Positions 11,970-26,179 are shown, numbered from the whole stretch's first letter. The stretch is DNA of 63,555 nucleotides, filler included, from Lenisia limosa (GCA_001655205.1; 9 parts of 9 records of this genome joined end to end with filler, not necessarily neighbours in it); one strand, 5' to 3'. The notes: generated by a model not told the origin, from the sequence alone. A program made the numbers and translations.

Positions 11970-14900
11970 TCATATTTAGAGAGCCTTCCTTGTAACAATC
12001 TCAGTTCAACTGACTTTGAGACAAACAATGAGTTCTCAGCCAAGTTTTCTGGAGACTACGAGAGCAGAAGAAATGATTGCCCCAATGTTGACATTAGAAA
12101 TCTCGACACGTACATTCCACATGAGGAAAATTCCGTGTTGGTTGCTTTGTTTGTGGGTCGATTAAATAGATTATTATTCTATTTAAATTAATGAAATAGC
12201 TTTTGTATGGTTTAGCTTTGAAATTTCTCAAATATAATGCTATATTTTACTCTCCCGATGTCACTATTTTTACATCCAAGATACGTTTACTCTTCCGGAA
12301 TTACTCTTAATCACTACCTATCGCAGTATATTCTAACTCCCCGAGTGGTTTGTTGACATTGCTGCTTTACTAACGATAAGGCATGTTCCTTTATTCGTGA
12401 TGTTTGTCTGGCTTTTTCAGCAATTTCCAATCTCTCAAGTAATTCTCGACTATTGGTAGTTCCACCTGCTATGGTAAGTCTCTTTGTTGTCAAGAAAGTT
12501 GTTTTTCTACAACTACATTATGACTGATTCATTAATTTTGTTTAAATATTACTTGTCGAATAACAAGACTCCATAATTTACACACTCACTTTACGGCATA
12601 TTTTTCTATCTTAGCAATTCAGAACTTCTTTGTGTCTAATTCTAATGATGAAAATCCCCAAGTCCGCTTTTTCATGTGCCCTTCTGTCCTTAATGCATGT
12701 CTGCCATCAGAAAAAGAGAGTGTTGAACATAAATCAGGAAGGTAACTGTGAAAAGAAAACTTGTACCAACCTTCTTTGATATTACCAACAAACCTTTCAG
12801 TATTGTCACTCAAATGAGCACTTCATCAACCCCTATGGAGCAAATGGAAAGTGATCGCAGTCACACGTCATCTTATTATAGTGTTAGATCGTACGTTGGG
12901 GGATAACCCATCATTGGAGTTCAACTCATATGCGCTTTATTTTAAATTCTCCTTTTGATGACGAAGGGTTCAGTCTGAGGATATTCCAGTCGGTTGGATT
13001 GCCTCCCTTATTGATCTTGCCGAATTGGTAGGATGGTGAGAAGTAGCGGTTTTCTAAAAATTTTTTTATTATTTATTGTTCCATTTATTCCCCTTTTATC
13101 GCGTTTACACCATGTCAATGAAACAAAATAGATTAACTTTTCATTATTCCAAACATTTTCAAATAAAAACTCCTTAGATCGAAGACTCTGTCAACAATTG
13201 GTATAGTATGGAAGAAAGGCCTTCAACTGAATTTCGTGCTACTACCCAGGTCAGATAAAGTTTTTTTATTTCACAGAGTGCCATCAAGCTCACAAAACTA
13301 ACCAAGTTAGAAGCCGAATTGGGACATGTTCCTCTCCATTGCCAATACAATGACCAGTAACGCAAGTTTGCTGGAGGAGCAGGCTGCGTTGGAGGAGGAA
13401 GTGCGACATCGGACGTTGGAACTGACAAACTCCTACACGGCACTGAACAAAGAAGTGTGCTTTTACATAATGTTTTGTACAATGGTTGACAGTATTTTTC
13501 AATTTTGTCCTAATGTGAAAAAATAAAACATTCTATTGTGCTAATATAGGCTTCTTTGAAGAATATACAATATCAATCATGCTTAACTCCCAGATATCGC
13601 GGCGAATTGAAGCAGAGGACCAGGCAAGGCGCGCTGCTGGGGCTGTTCGTCAGTTCTTCGCTTCGTGGTTCCATGATATTAGGGCTCCTCTCACTGGTTG
13701 GTGCTAGAGTCTATATTGAATTACCATGATCAGACCCAATTTTATGAGTATCATTCTTTCATATTATCAGCTGTTCTTGGAACTGCGTCACTGTTGATTG
13801 AGGGGTCACTCGACAAGGAGCAAAGACCTCAGGTAGCTGGGGCTTCTCAACTGGCTTTTGCAATCAGATTAGTTACGAAAATAAACGCGTTATTATGACA
13901 AACACAATTGTTTTGTCGAATTCAGGATATTTCCCCTCTATCTTACTGAAATATAATCGTATCATTTTAGGTTTGATGCTTCAGGTTGAAATTGTACAGT
14001 CAGCTGGCCACTCCCTCCTCCATCTCCTCAATTCAGTTCTCGATGTATCGGCCATACAAGTCTGTCAAGATAAGTCAATACCATGATAACATACAAATGC
14101 ACCAAATGAATTCATTATACTTGGCCCGAATAGGTGCTTCTTTCTTAACCGTTCACAAATTTCTTTCTGTTTATTTCTTAGGCTGGAAGGATGAACGCTA
14201 ATATTCTTGAAAGCAAGCCATTCAGCCTCATCAACACGCTCAACGCCACGTTGAGCTCTTTAGCGTCACACGCACAGGTATTTTTCAATGTGTATCTTCT
14301 CAAAATAAAACAAATGAAAAACAGCAAATACAACAACCACAAATAGATTTATTTCCTAGTTCAAAGGGTTGCTCTTCCGCACACGAATTTCCTCAGATGT
14401 TGTACCTTTGATATGTCATGGTGATCCTCATCGGTTCAAGGAGGTAACGATGGTTCACGTCAGAAGAGTAACTCCTCCAGGTTTTAACCCATGTGGTTGG
14501 AAATGCTGTCAAGTTCACAATCTCGGGATGCGTAACGTTCACTGTTTCCACTGTGGGAATGCCTACTCTTTGCAGGTTTGGAGAGACTAATAAAAGGTTC
14601 ACTTATTTAGTCATCATTCCCCGAACGTATAAGGTTCACTTATTTAGTTTAGTCATCATTCCCCGAACGTACAAGGTTCACTTATTTAGTCATCATTCCC
14701 CGAACGTACAAGGTTTACTTATTTAGTCATCATTCCTCGAACGTACAAGGTTCACTTATTTAGTCATCATTCCCCGAACGTACAAGGTTCACTTATTNNN
14801 NNNNNNNAAACCAAACACTCTCATAACTTTGTACCATTTTTGGACACTCTGAAGCACACGTTCAGCATTTCTTCTGAAATACGTGATGTTCATGAGGTGG

Positions 14901-17900
14901 GTCTGATGAAGTACCAATTGAAACATACATTTTTTGCCAGTCTTTTTAATTATTCAGATTAACCTTATTGAAAAGGGGGATCGAATTGCAATCAAAAGTC
15001 AGCCCAATCCAACTATGGACAAGAACCGAAGCAATGTTTCAATTGTCAGAAGGGCAGTTTACTCATTATGAGACTGGGTTTCACTGTCTTTTATTTACTT
15101 TTTAGCCTTCCGACTTCAACCTCAGTGAGTGGCAAGAAAGTGGTTAAGTTTGTAAAAGAGGGCATGTATAGAAAAGGTCTTTCTTCGCATTTGTAAAACG
15201 ATTTCTCCTCACTATAATCGAATTGTGGCTACCAAAGTTTTTATATTTACTTACCATCATGATTATCTCAGGTCCTTGTGATGATGATGAAGTGGTAATA
15301 ACTGAAACTGAAACTAACGAGAAGCACGTGGTTTGGTTTAGATTCCAAGTAAGCGAGCGTCCAACAGCGATTTAATTATCATTCTGTAAACGTTGCTACA
15401 AACCAGTAATAAGAACTTCAAGTGTAATACAAATCTATTCCTGATCTGAACAATCAGGTGACCGACTCTGGTCCGGGCATTCATCCTGACAATATGTGCA
15501 AGTTGTTCCATCCGTTTGAAATGGTGTGGTTCTAATAAGCTGATGCCAATTTAGTCCTATATATTATATATGATATACTATATGTATATTTTCAAATTTC
15601 TCATTTAGTTTTTATGATTTTTCAATGTTATTGTATTGTTATAATGTTAATTATTAAAACGGCACAATAATTTCACAGGTAGATGAATCAGCCAGACAAG
15701 AACATGGTGGCTCTGGTCTGGGACTATCAATTTGCCAAGTGAGTTTAAGTAGAACACGCAACACTTCTGATGATGATGTGACTCTTTCAGCACCTTGTTG
15801 ATGTAATGGGGGGGCGGATCATGATCACTTCAACTGTGTCAGCGGGCTCGACCGTGACAGTTGACCTGCCCTTTCCCTGTACCGCACTAGTTGCACCGAT
15901 GTCCAATTATAACCACTCCAAAGTATGATCCGCTTTCAAATGTAGTTGCTTTAGAGATCTAACTTAATACACATACAACATTTCGCATGTGTCAAATCTA
16001 AAACTAAAAACGTCAATATATAGTAGATACTATCACATGAAGGCATACCAAACACTGAAACTCCTCTTGTTGTGTTTCACCACTTTCATCACACTCAGAT
16101 ATTTGTCATTGGAGGAGAACAGCCAAGTGAAGCCCCTGCACTGGCTACTTTCATCATTGGACTGTCTCGAGATGTAATGATGTTTCATGACGTAAGTAGG
16201 CTCTGCAATTGATGGTAATATCACTTTAGTTGCATAGCAATTTACTGTTTAGGTCAATGTAGCACTTCGGTCGTTGCAAGATGTGACCAGACCTTTACCA
16301 AAAACCATTTTCATCTGTATGGAAATTGTTCATCAAAGCGATCAGTGTTTGAATTGACGACTTACACCACAGTCCCATTTGGCAACATAATTAGACCTTC
16401 CTTAGCCGGGCGTCGCACCAGGTCAGTTCTTGATTTGCCTGCTCCTTGTATAATGTCTTGTTTTTTGTGAGTCATGACGTTCTTAGATCCAACACTAGCC
16501 TTCCGCCACCTGCTAGTCAATCTTGGACGTCAATGGCTTGTAACACAGCACAACTTGATATTTCGGGGGTCTTGATGCGATCAGTGGGGATGGATTAGAA
16601 AATGTCATTTTAGACAACTCAATTCTAAATGTTGTTACTCAATGATGTATAAGACAGTCTTGGAGTCTTGATACATTTCTCAAATGGCACTTCTTCAGTC
16701 GAGTTTATAAAATATAATGTTAACTATTCAGGCAAGAATACCCCCAATGAAAAAGGACACAGTGAGTTGAACAAACTGTTTGTTTGATTTGTGTTTACGC
16801 TTAATCTATTGTCATATTGTTGTTTCTGATTTAAATATTGCCTCCGCTATGTAAATGCAAGTCATATCCCTAGAGTTCCAACAATGACATTGGACTGCCC
16901 GGAAGCCCATACACTCATGACCCACCCCTGTCATTTGTGGACAAAGATGAAGATGATGAAGAGGAGGATGACAAAGTGGACCATGTATTTGGGACACAAA
17001 ATATCATATACTACTATATAACTATATATGCTCGATGTCCTAAACTATGTCGTTAATTCGAATTATTGTCGTTAATTCAATTNNNNNNNNNNTATCTAAC
17101 ATCATCAATGCTTCTCTACATCTATCTATGTATCTATGTGTAAACACCCCAGAAGTCTTCTCTACATGTATATAATATGTTAACACATTCCAGAAATCTT
17201 CTCTACATATATATATGTATATATATGCTCGATGTCCTAAACTATGTCGTTAATTCGAATTATTGTCGTTAATTCAATTNNNNNNNNNNNNNNNNNNNNN
17301 NNNNNNNNNNNNNNNNNNNNNNNNNNNNNNNNNNNAAAATTCGCGAGCGTGGCGCTAAAAAAAAAAAAAAAATTTCCACGATAAAGTGCTGATCTTGCAA
17401 AAAAAAACAGAAAAATTTTGAAAGGTTATATTTTTCTTTGTTTTCCTTCATAAACAAATAAAGTGTGTATATCTCAGAAATATATTACCTTTTTGAAGGG
17501 GAATAGCTGATTTGGCGACCGTAAATAATTAATGACATGAATTCGAAAAAACGACATAATTTTGGACCTTGAGCATATATATACAGTGGGCATCTATGAC
17601 ATGCCCTTTTTTAGACGAGTAATTGAACAAAAAAATTTACATTTTAACTGTGAAATGAAATACTTATCATATTGAAATCGGCACTAACAACTTTTATTCA
17701 AAACCACCGAATAGAAAAAATATCATATCATATGGTAATTATCTGGACTAGGTACGAAATAAGCATATGTTGTATACAGATTCAATATTCAGGGAACAGA
17801 ATCCACTCTTAAATGTATAGGCTGTCCGTTTAAAAAATGAGGAGTCTTTCAGCTCTATCGTAACCCCAACTGAGATCACCACTGATTTATATGGTAGGCC

Positions 17901-20402
17901 CAATTTTTGGCGTGTGTTGCTCTGGTCAAGTCATCAAATTGTCTATTGTTGTTTTTTAAGTACATATGTAGGCTTATACCCATTGTTGTTAAAAACTAGT
18001 TGTAAATGAGTCAGGTGACATCAAAGAACAAAGTCAATCCCTTGGATCAGAAACGCACTCTCCGAGCAAGGAGAAAAAAGTGCGATCCGAGGAACCTATC
18101 AGACATTCCGAGCCAGTTGTTTTTGCTACTACCGCCCAGTCTTCAACTCCGGGCACCTTTGGGGCTAATTGTCAAGTTGATCTGAAGTCTTCGTTTGTTA
18201 AAAAAGATGTATGAGTGATCTCTGTGATAGTTATAAGGAACAGATTTTTTGTATTAATCATCTAGACCGGCAAAAGAAATCATATACAACTGGAATTTGG
18301 TAGGGTTTTTTTTTTGAAAAAATAAACTACAATATATGTGAGATACTCGAGACAAATGAAAAAGTGTGAGAGTTCCTGAAATTTCATTTATATTTTCTAA
18401 ATAAAATGTTTTGAATTTCTGATTTTACTACAATGTAGAGAAAAACGACCAAATTGGTTCTTCAACTCAGTAGGTTACGGTTTTCACTCAACTGTTAAAG
18501 GGTTCAAGTACTTCTGAAATTGGGTTTTTTGCAAAATTTCATATACTACTACTAATACATAATTTTTATGATGTGCGTTCTCAATGATTGAAAAGGACTA
18601 CGAAGACTTAACCATCAGGGAAAACCAGGACGATATCTTCTCTGGCCATTTCAAAACTATTCTCTGTCATCGCACTCTCACGGTTCGTGAGATAAAATAA
18701 CGGCTTCATTACATATTATATTGGTTTTCAAATAAACTAATGGGAGTTATAAATTTCCGGTTCGGTAGCATGGTCTTATGACCCTTCATAGTTTGACCGT
18801 GAGCCTTTCAAAGCAAGTAATTTCTGGCCCCTTTTGGAACCCATCAAAGATGTATGGACCGCAACAAACGCGAGGTATGCGAAATATAATCTGAAAGAAT
18901 GTGATAATGTAGGTCAAAGTCAACATCAGCAAAAACGGACACTTTGATAGTGGCTGTCACACCTGAGCCGCTTTTATCTTTAACAGAAGACTGGATCAAA
19001 GAAAATGTCCAACAAGATGACGTCAAAAGGTATTCACACGCAATATCGCTACAGAAAATAGAAATCAAATAATTAATAAATATAATATGATATTTCCTAT
19101 TCTGTTCCAACTAAATCATCTTTTGGTGACGTTAACCATTTAGATCATTGGCGGTTATTGGCAGTCCTTATTTGCTTGAAACAGTTCAAGACATTTTAGA
19201 TACATCATCACACTGGCATCCTAAGTTGGTTGTGCACAAGATATAATACCACTTATGCATTTCTTCCACCTCCTTTCCATAGAACTCCATTTCTCTTATA
19301 GAACCGCATCTGGAGATGATATGGGTGGAACGTATCAAGGAAGAGGTGGCAATACCGTTCTGGTGGTTGATGACAACATGGTTAATAGAGTAGGCTTACT
19401 ACTACACTATTGCAAGACATACCATGATATTATGTATTGATGCATTTATTCCCATTTCAATTCCAAAACTATTAAATCCGATATTTGTAGAGGATTAAAC
19501 TTAGTCATCTTTCTGGAATCGGAGCAAATTTTCGGTACAAGTATTATAAGCATAGGGATGGATATAATATGGAATAATGTATAGCTGTGCATTTTGACAT
19601 CGTTAGCGAGTGGTCTCAGCAATGTTGAAGCGCCTCGGGTGGGGTGTCCAAGAAGCTGCAGATGGTCACCAAGTAGGCGTCCAATTGATATCCCCAAAGT
19701 TCTTACATACAACCCCCCCGTCATCTTGTTGTAACTCTTTTCTTTTTGAATGAAAAACAAATTTCCTTGAAAATACACCTGCAGCAAGCAACTCTTAAAA
19801 CAAACAATACTACAGTTTCACAGATGTATTGGAATCACCTTTTAGGCAGTAACAGTTGTCAAGGAAACAAAGCCTGGTAAAATTGCAGTCATCCTAATGG
19901 ACGTGCAAATGCCTGGAATGGACGGACTACAAGCGACACTGGCAATCAGTGGGGTTGATTGACATTTTAAATTGGATAGAGAAAAGAGATGGTGCTTTTT
20001 TTACATTGACAAATGTTATATCTTATAAAATAGGGCAATGGGAGAGTCAGCGGAATCTCCGGACACCTATTATTGCCCTCACAGGTTTGTGAAGCGGTCG
20101 AAATGGTCAATATTTGTTTAATATTGCCATGGGTTTAACCAATCAGGAGAGTCAACAGCAGAAGAGGGCAGACAGTGTATCGACTGTGGTTAGCTCATCT
20201 TTTGGGGATACTCACACATGTAATTTAATCATCCTTATTCCGCATAGATTTCTTATAAAAGTGCTGATGCGAACAATGCCAGAAAGACACCAACTTTCTT
20301 CTCACGTTTTATCTTTCAGGCATGGACGCAGTTCTGATAAAGCCCATCACTCTACCTGCCCTTCGACTCACCATGGACAAATGGTCATTTCACGATCGCT
20401 AA
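11970..20402 (+). CDS. Hybrid histidine kinase (HAMP-like linker, HisKA, HATPase_c, degenerate receiver-like linker, receiver); start uncertain
   Basis: Exons encode: KPNWDMFLSIANTM...LEEEVRHRTLEL (HAMP/coiled coil); H-box FFASWFHDIRAPLT; LLHLLNSVLDVS; GDPHRFKE; N-box VGNAVKF; G1 DSGPGI; G2 GGSGLGLSIC; HLVDVMGGRI; receiver VLVVDDNMVNR-RVVSAMLKRLG...ILMDVQMPGMDG...IIALTG...GMDAVLIKP; stop at 20400-20402. Confidence 0.9.
14594..14797. repeat. 37-bp minisatellite (about 5-6 units, continues into a gap) in a histidine kinase intron
   Basis: Unit aaggttcacttatttagtcatcattccccgaacgtac, repeated tandemly just after the N-box exon. Confidence 0.9.
17019..17583. mobile_element. Imperfect TIR element (MITE-like) within the kinase locus, partly gapped
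   Basis: tatatgctcgatgtcctaaactatgtcgttaattcgaattattgtcgttaatt (about 17024-17077, repeated at about 17222-17275) is the imperfect reverse complement of aattaatgacatgaattcgaaaaaacgacataattttggaccttgagcatata (about 17527-17579). Flanks are TATA. Confidence 0.55.
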
Positions 20403-21549
20403 GATGCGTAACCGTACCAGTGGTTGTTTGTTGTTTGTTTCTTTTTTAAGGTTGAAGTTAACTAAATGTATAATCAATAAGTTCATCTTTTGAAAATACA
20501 TATCATTAATTGCAAAGAGATTTAGATGGTCCAATAAATGACATTCTAAATGAGCAATAATTTAACATTAAAATGTAAGTGGGAGTGGCTACTGAACAAG
20601 CTGTTGATATCAGAATATTTGCCTTCGACAAATGATTGGAGTTATCAACAAGGTTTGAATTTGAGCCCAAAATTGAAACAGCTGTCATATTACCCAAAGA
20701 TAATAGATCCAGGTTTCAGCCCTCCATCTGAGGTTTTCTTTAATAACTATGTACAACACGATATATTGACCTTTATTTTTGTTGCTCAAAATTGAAGAAT
20801 AAGAATAAGAGATTTTCAACCCCGGTTAAACTCATCCAAGGCGGGACTCAACGCCCTTTGCCTTCTGTCCCCGTTTTTGGTGGAGTGCTGATGATAACAG
20901 CACGCACTATGCCAAAAAATACGATGTGATGAGAGGCCGGCATAAGGTAAGTTATGAAGCTATGGAAATAGGTTGACAATAATTCGGATTTCCTTATAAG
21001 GTAAGTCGCGACAGTCGTGCCCGATATTTATCTGGATACAATTCCGCGGAAACGTAACACTAAAGCAGGTTACGGTGATTTAATTTGTACCCATTTATCT
21101 ATTATAATCCTCCTTCATTCATAGCATATTTCCTAATTTTCTAACCTAACCGAAGTTGTCCCGTTACAACCCCTTCTCACCTGTCGTTGAAAGCGACAGG
21201 GCTGCGATGCCATTGTCGTTTTTTTAGAACTGTGCATATTGAATTCCGAAGCACTCTTCACCATGGCTTTCGGGTCTCCGTACCTTCGGGGATCTTGGAC
21301 GTCTCCTCCTTCTCCTGTGAACCTGGAGAATCTTTTTAAAAGCCCCCCATTTTCACCAACTGACCTTCGCTCTCAGAGATCTCATGTTTCCCCAATCTTC
21401 AAATCAATCGTATTTGATTCGACCAACTTCATGAAGGAGTCAGAACGTTCGAGGGATCTTTAGTGCGCGAGTTGCAATACTCGTAATATATGAAAATGGT
21501 TACACGAATGCAATAATTGTTTTGTACAATAATTTTTGACTCTTCATTC

Positions 21550-24500
21550 ATAAACGCTTAGAGTTTGACCTTGCCGCCTCTGGAGCAGGACACAAATCTC
21601 TCTATGTTCCTCCTTCCGAAAGACCGCAACCGAATACTAAAGGCAAAATAAATAAGAATTTGATTTTCTTACTTCTCTTCCTGTTTGCAATTTGTCCGCC
21701 CATCATCAGCTGCATAACAGCGGTAGGTGGAAAACATTGTCCATGTAATCAAAACATTTGCTTAGAAAGTACAATGATATCATTTGAGTACATCTCATAT
21801 GAACAAATTATGTTGACAGTTCAGAACTTCATTACAGCCCCTCTCAACAGTTGTGATAGTCTGCTAGTGCCAAGTTTGTTGGGAATCTCGCATTAGTTTG
21901 CACTTAACGCTTTCTTATGATACAGCCTTTACTAATACGGACAAAAACATCAAGAAGGAACTTAGCCTTCGTCTTGAACTCTGTGACCACTTGATGGTTG
22001 GATAGTACTATCAATATATGTAGCTTTTTTAAAAATAATTATAATTTTAAATGAAATATGGTCTTCTCAAAATTTAGGCTACTACTTTTCTGAAAAGAAT
22101 GATATCCAGTGGGAATCGTGCTCTTTTCAAGGTTTGTTTACATTATGATCCGTTTTAAGTATTTGCCACAACTTTGGCAAAAATAGTGACTGTTGTAGGT
22201 TTACGACTATATTACTGAACCTACTTTTGTGCCAAATGTTGGTATGCATTATGCAGGTTGAACGACACTCATGAGACATGAAACTTTGAAAAACACAGTA
22301 TTCTTCGGTGCACACCACTTTATTCATATCACACAACAATAGACAAAATTAGCCATTGATCTCTTCCAAATCATTTAATTATCAACAGAGTCCTTTTTTC
22401 AAGCAGTTTTCCTGACTCGGCGACTTTTGACCAAAGAAGTGCTGTTATTTTCGTATGTTGATTTCATTATGAGCTTGAAATTTTATTTACTTTCCAGGCT
22501 TGATACCGGGTTTACCATAATATCTACCAATCTAAACGCTAGAGAATCATTTGTAGGTAAATGTGTTAATGACAGCTCTCTGTGATCTGTATTTTAACCT
22601 TATACAGTTGTACTCTGATGGAATGTACGTCCAAGGAAATCCTTCGCACGTGACAAACTGTACGGCCCAATTCTGCAATGCTTTCAATGAGCCTCGAGCA
22701 GGAGTCTTTTTTAACAGCACTATTACAGAAGATCGAAAAGTTCACGTTGTTCTTGTGCCAAGCTTGTATGAGATTGACAACTAGGAATACTCCACCATTT
22801 ACTACATTGACTGCTTTCGTTGTCAAACACCGCAGGAATTGAATTTCGTAATTTCCCACTATTCAGAGGAGTCTACAATTTTGATCCGCGCACTCGGCCT
22901 TATTACCAGGCCGCTCTTGAAGCCCCTCCATTAACAATGGTATTTTTGTGTTCGTCGTTTTGCTTACAATTCCTAGACCCAGACACCCCCGTACGTTTAC
23001 TTCGCGGATATTTATCACGGCACATCATCGGCAATGCATGTGACACTCTTTGGCTCCACGACCGTGGTTCTTGCTTTTGACACGTTTGGAGAAGGCATTA
23101 TCGGTGCTATAGATCAAGTCTTGCAGAAGAAGGTACCCAGTGTATCAGGTTATACTGTCCATTGGCTCAAGAGCCTTCCAGCACAATGTTTCCAGCATAT
23201 ACAGATATATGATATAGCTACATATTTCATATAGTATAGCTATATTATACCCAATATGATACATATATATCTAATATGTATATATTACTAGTATATCATA
23301 TGTATTATATACCGCTATTAAGCCTCAGTTTTGATTTACTAGGTTTATGACTTCAATTTTTTTGGAAGTGTTAATAATCTGGTATGCTGTGGGTACTAAT
23401 TATTTAGTCGAAATACTACCCTAGGAAAATGGGATCTATTTATTTTTACTTCTTACACAACAGGCGATTGCACGTGTGACCACTGAAGGGGTACGCCCAA
23501 TTTCTGGCTCAACAAGGTTACGTGCAATTGGTTCACAAATTGTATTTCCTTCTATCTCAATCCTGACTCAAATTACACTTAATCATGTTTTACCAAAAAA
23601 AGGTACTGGAGTTCCCAACAACCCATTCATCAATTGTGTTGGATGAAATTGAGTTCAGCTCCATTGTTGGTCAAAAATGGGATGACCAACCATTTGTTGT
23701 CAATTCAGGCTCAAAACAAATCTCAATGGTACTTAGAGTCAATTAACTGCCTTTAAAACTATGTACCTCTCCAATAAATGTACAAAAATTCACATATTGA
23801 AGAATGTACCAAAAATGCAATGATCACGATTTAGGTTTCCAAAGTTTGCGATCAAGAAACTTGCTTGGTAAGTTGCCAATATTTTGGCAGATTTGATGAA
23901 TTTAGTCAGTCGTTCAATCACGAGATGTGAGGATTATGAAAGATATCAAAGGCAACAAACACCCAGTATGTTTTTTGATCAATCACATTTTTGAGATATA
24001 TTTCATGAATTGACTTATTATCATATGCATTATATACTACTAGAATGTTGAAAGCTTACTTCTCATCACTAGCCGTACGTCTTCATTCCCTTTACGCTTC
24101 TCTTCGCTGGAATAGTTGTTTTTGGCATTCGTCGCATGCTTCTTGGATCGATTCAAGTAGGTCAACTAGCCAGTTTGATTTTCCAGTGACATGTCATTGT
24201 ATAATTGCAAGATAATTGGGAGGATATCTTGTTGAAAACACTGTGACTCGATTTGATATCCTACTTTGCTATCCTATTTTGTCATTACTTGTCTTTCAAA
24301 TTGAGATGGTGTAGCATTTAGTAACGTGTTTAGTGCACAATACGGTTCAGTAATTCGGGCTACGCTAAGGCCTTGTTTGATTGCAATTTCGTTTGTCGTG
24401 AAGAGTCCACCCTTTTTGGAATGTCGCGTTGTCAGTTCTTTCATAACCTCTTAGATATCGAACCGGTTTGTGGATGACAAAAGTATGAAAGAATATCGTT

Positions 24501-25130
24501 TCCATCTCATAGATTCTCCGTTTCAAGTTGTCAAATGATTTTAAAGTCATTTCACTAATGTTGTAGAAGCTATATGGAAATAGCTACCATTGTTCGCATT
24601 GTATTGCCAGTCGGCAAGAGTATTCAAAGTAAGGCAATTGAAATGAAACCCTTTTATTGAATTTTATATATTTTATGGTACTACATGTATCATAAGGCCT
24701 TGACATTCCTGATATTGAGTTGTCCTGCAGATTCACCATACTAGATACCCAAATGTGTCCTACTTCAGATCCATCCGCTCAGTCCTCTACCTCATAAAAC
24801 AATCTGGTTTCGAGCCTTGCTTCATACGCGAGGAGTTCCACGGTACTGACACAGTTCCAACCTTCAAGACAAATGGCTTTAGTACCCTTTGGACATTTTC
24901 GGTCATTTTTGAAACGGGTTAGGTCAATTTAAGATTTCACAATTTAGCCAATATCAAGAAAATTTTTGAGATTGTTTGTCGCTATCTTCCAATTGTAAGC
25001 TCTGTCCTCAAACGCTGTTATTTTGAAAATTGAAATTGAATATTGTACTTTTGAATCTCAGCCTCACAATTCAAGGTGAAGTATTTAAGTGGCAACATCG
25101 GAATATTTCAATGGGAATGTTGCACAGGTG
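21550..25130 (+). CDS. Putative membrane protein with a large extracellular region and a TM helix (multi-exon; limits uncertain)
   Basis: Exon-like blocks GMYVQGNPSHVTNCTAQFCNAF, TPPYVYFADIYHGTSSAMHVTLFGSTTVVLAFDTFGEGIIGAIDQVLQKK and a TM-like PYVFIPFTLLFAGIVVFGIRR (about 24073-24135). No catalytic motif recognised. Confidence 0.4.
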
Positions 25131-25482
25131 AGACGGCAAACGAGGTTTTGTCTCGTGGGGATCTGAAATATGGCCTTCACCTACTGAATACTTAGGCCTG
25201 AAATATGGCCTTCACCTACTGATTACTTAGGTCGATGGCGGGCCTACTTATGCTTCAGGGACCTCCTACAATGTTCTTTCAAGGTGCGTAGCAAAATTGT
25301 TGAACTATTTTCCGTCTGACGTTTTCCTTGTAGATTGGCGGAATACTGTCAAGTAAGATTGATTTTGAATCAGCTTTTACAATCATGACAAGTGTTAAGA
25401 TAGTGAGTTGTAGGATAGGAATGGGAAAAATTGGAAAGAGCTAACATTTCTAGGGTGACATTCTAATTGAAAATGGCTCTGT

Positions 25483-26085
25483 TATGCCTTACTTCCCAGG
25501 ATGTAGCGTTGTGGTTTGTGGCTTTCAACCAAAATCTTGTCGTATCAGCATGTCTCAAAACCATGCTACCAGGGTTAATTATTGCTTGGTAGACCATGTA
25601 ACTGACTGAACAGGTGGTAGACTCGGTGTATATGCGGGTAACTCGCAAAGACGAGTGTGTATAGTTAGTAAACTCCAAATAGGGATGTACATTGTGTTAT
25701 TTGATGCATATGGTTTTAAACATGAACAGGCACTTTCCAATTCTAATTAAACGAGGAGCAGAAAAATGGATCAGTTAACATAATAAATAAAACCCCAAGA
25801 CAATCTAGTCAATGTCGTCTTCATCCTCATCATCACTGTCACTGGCTGGTGCTGCAACCACAGGATCAACCTCTCCGTCAAGGAACTGATGGGGGTGAAG
25901 GATTGATCAAAAACTGAAATGAAGCTAACGATTTAGCATAACTCAGGGCTCTAAAAGGCAAGTCCATTCCCCCAGCTACTTTTGCCGCCTTCTCATCCGG
26001 ATACTCGGACGAGGCCACTTCCGATACGGTGATGACGGAAACATTGCCTTGTTTGACCATGTCCCAGAAGCCTCTGCAGTTGTCA
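25483..26085 (-). CDS. 3' exons of an uncharacterised gene cut by the scaffold end
   Basis: Open blocks MVKQGNVSVITVSEVASSEYPDEKAAKVAGGMDLPF and an acidic DGEVDPVVAAPASDSDDEDEDDID. Confidence 0.35.
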
Positions 26086-26179
26086 GAACCTCATTTTCAT
26101 TTATGTCCGATTTTTTTTTTGTTAAATCAACAATGNNNNNNNNNNNNNNNNNNNNNNNNNNNNNNNNNNNNNNNNNNNN

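Noticed and set aside
14594-14797. Regular 37-bp repeats as a CRISPR array
   Set aside because: The units are directly adjacent with no unique spacers, and they lie in a eukaryotic intron.
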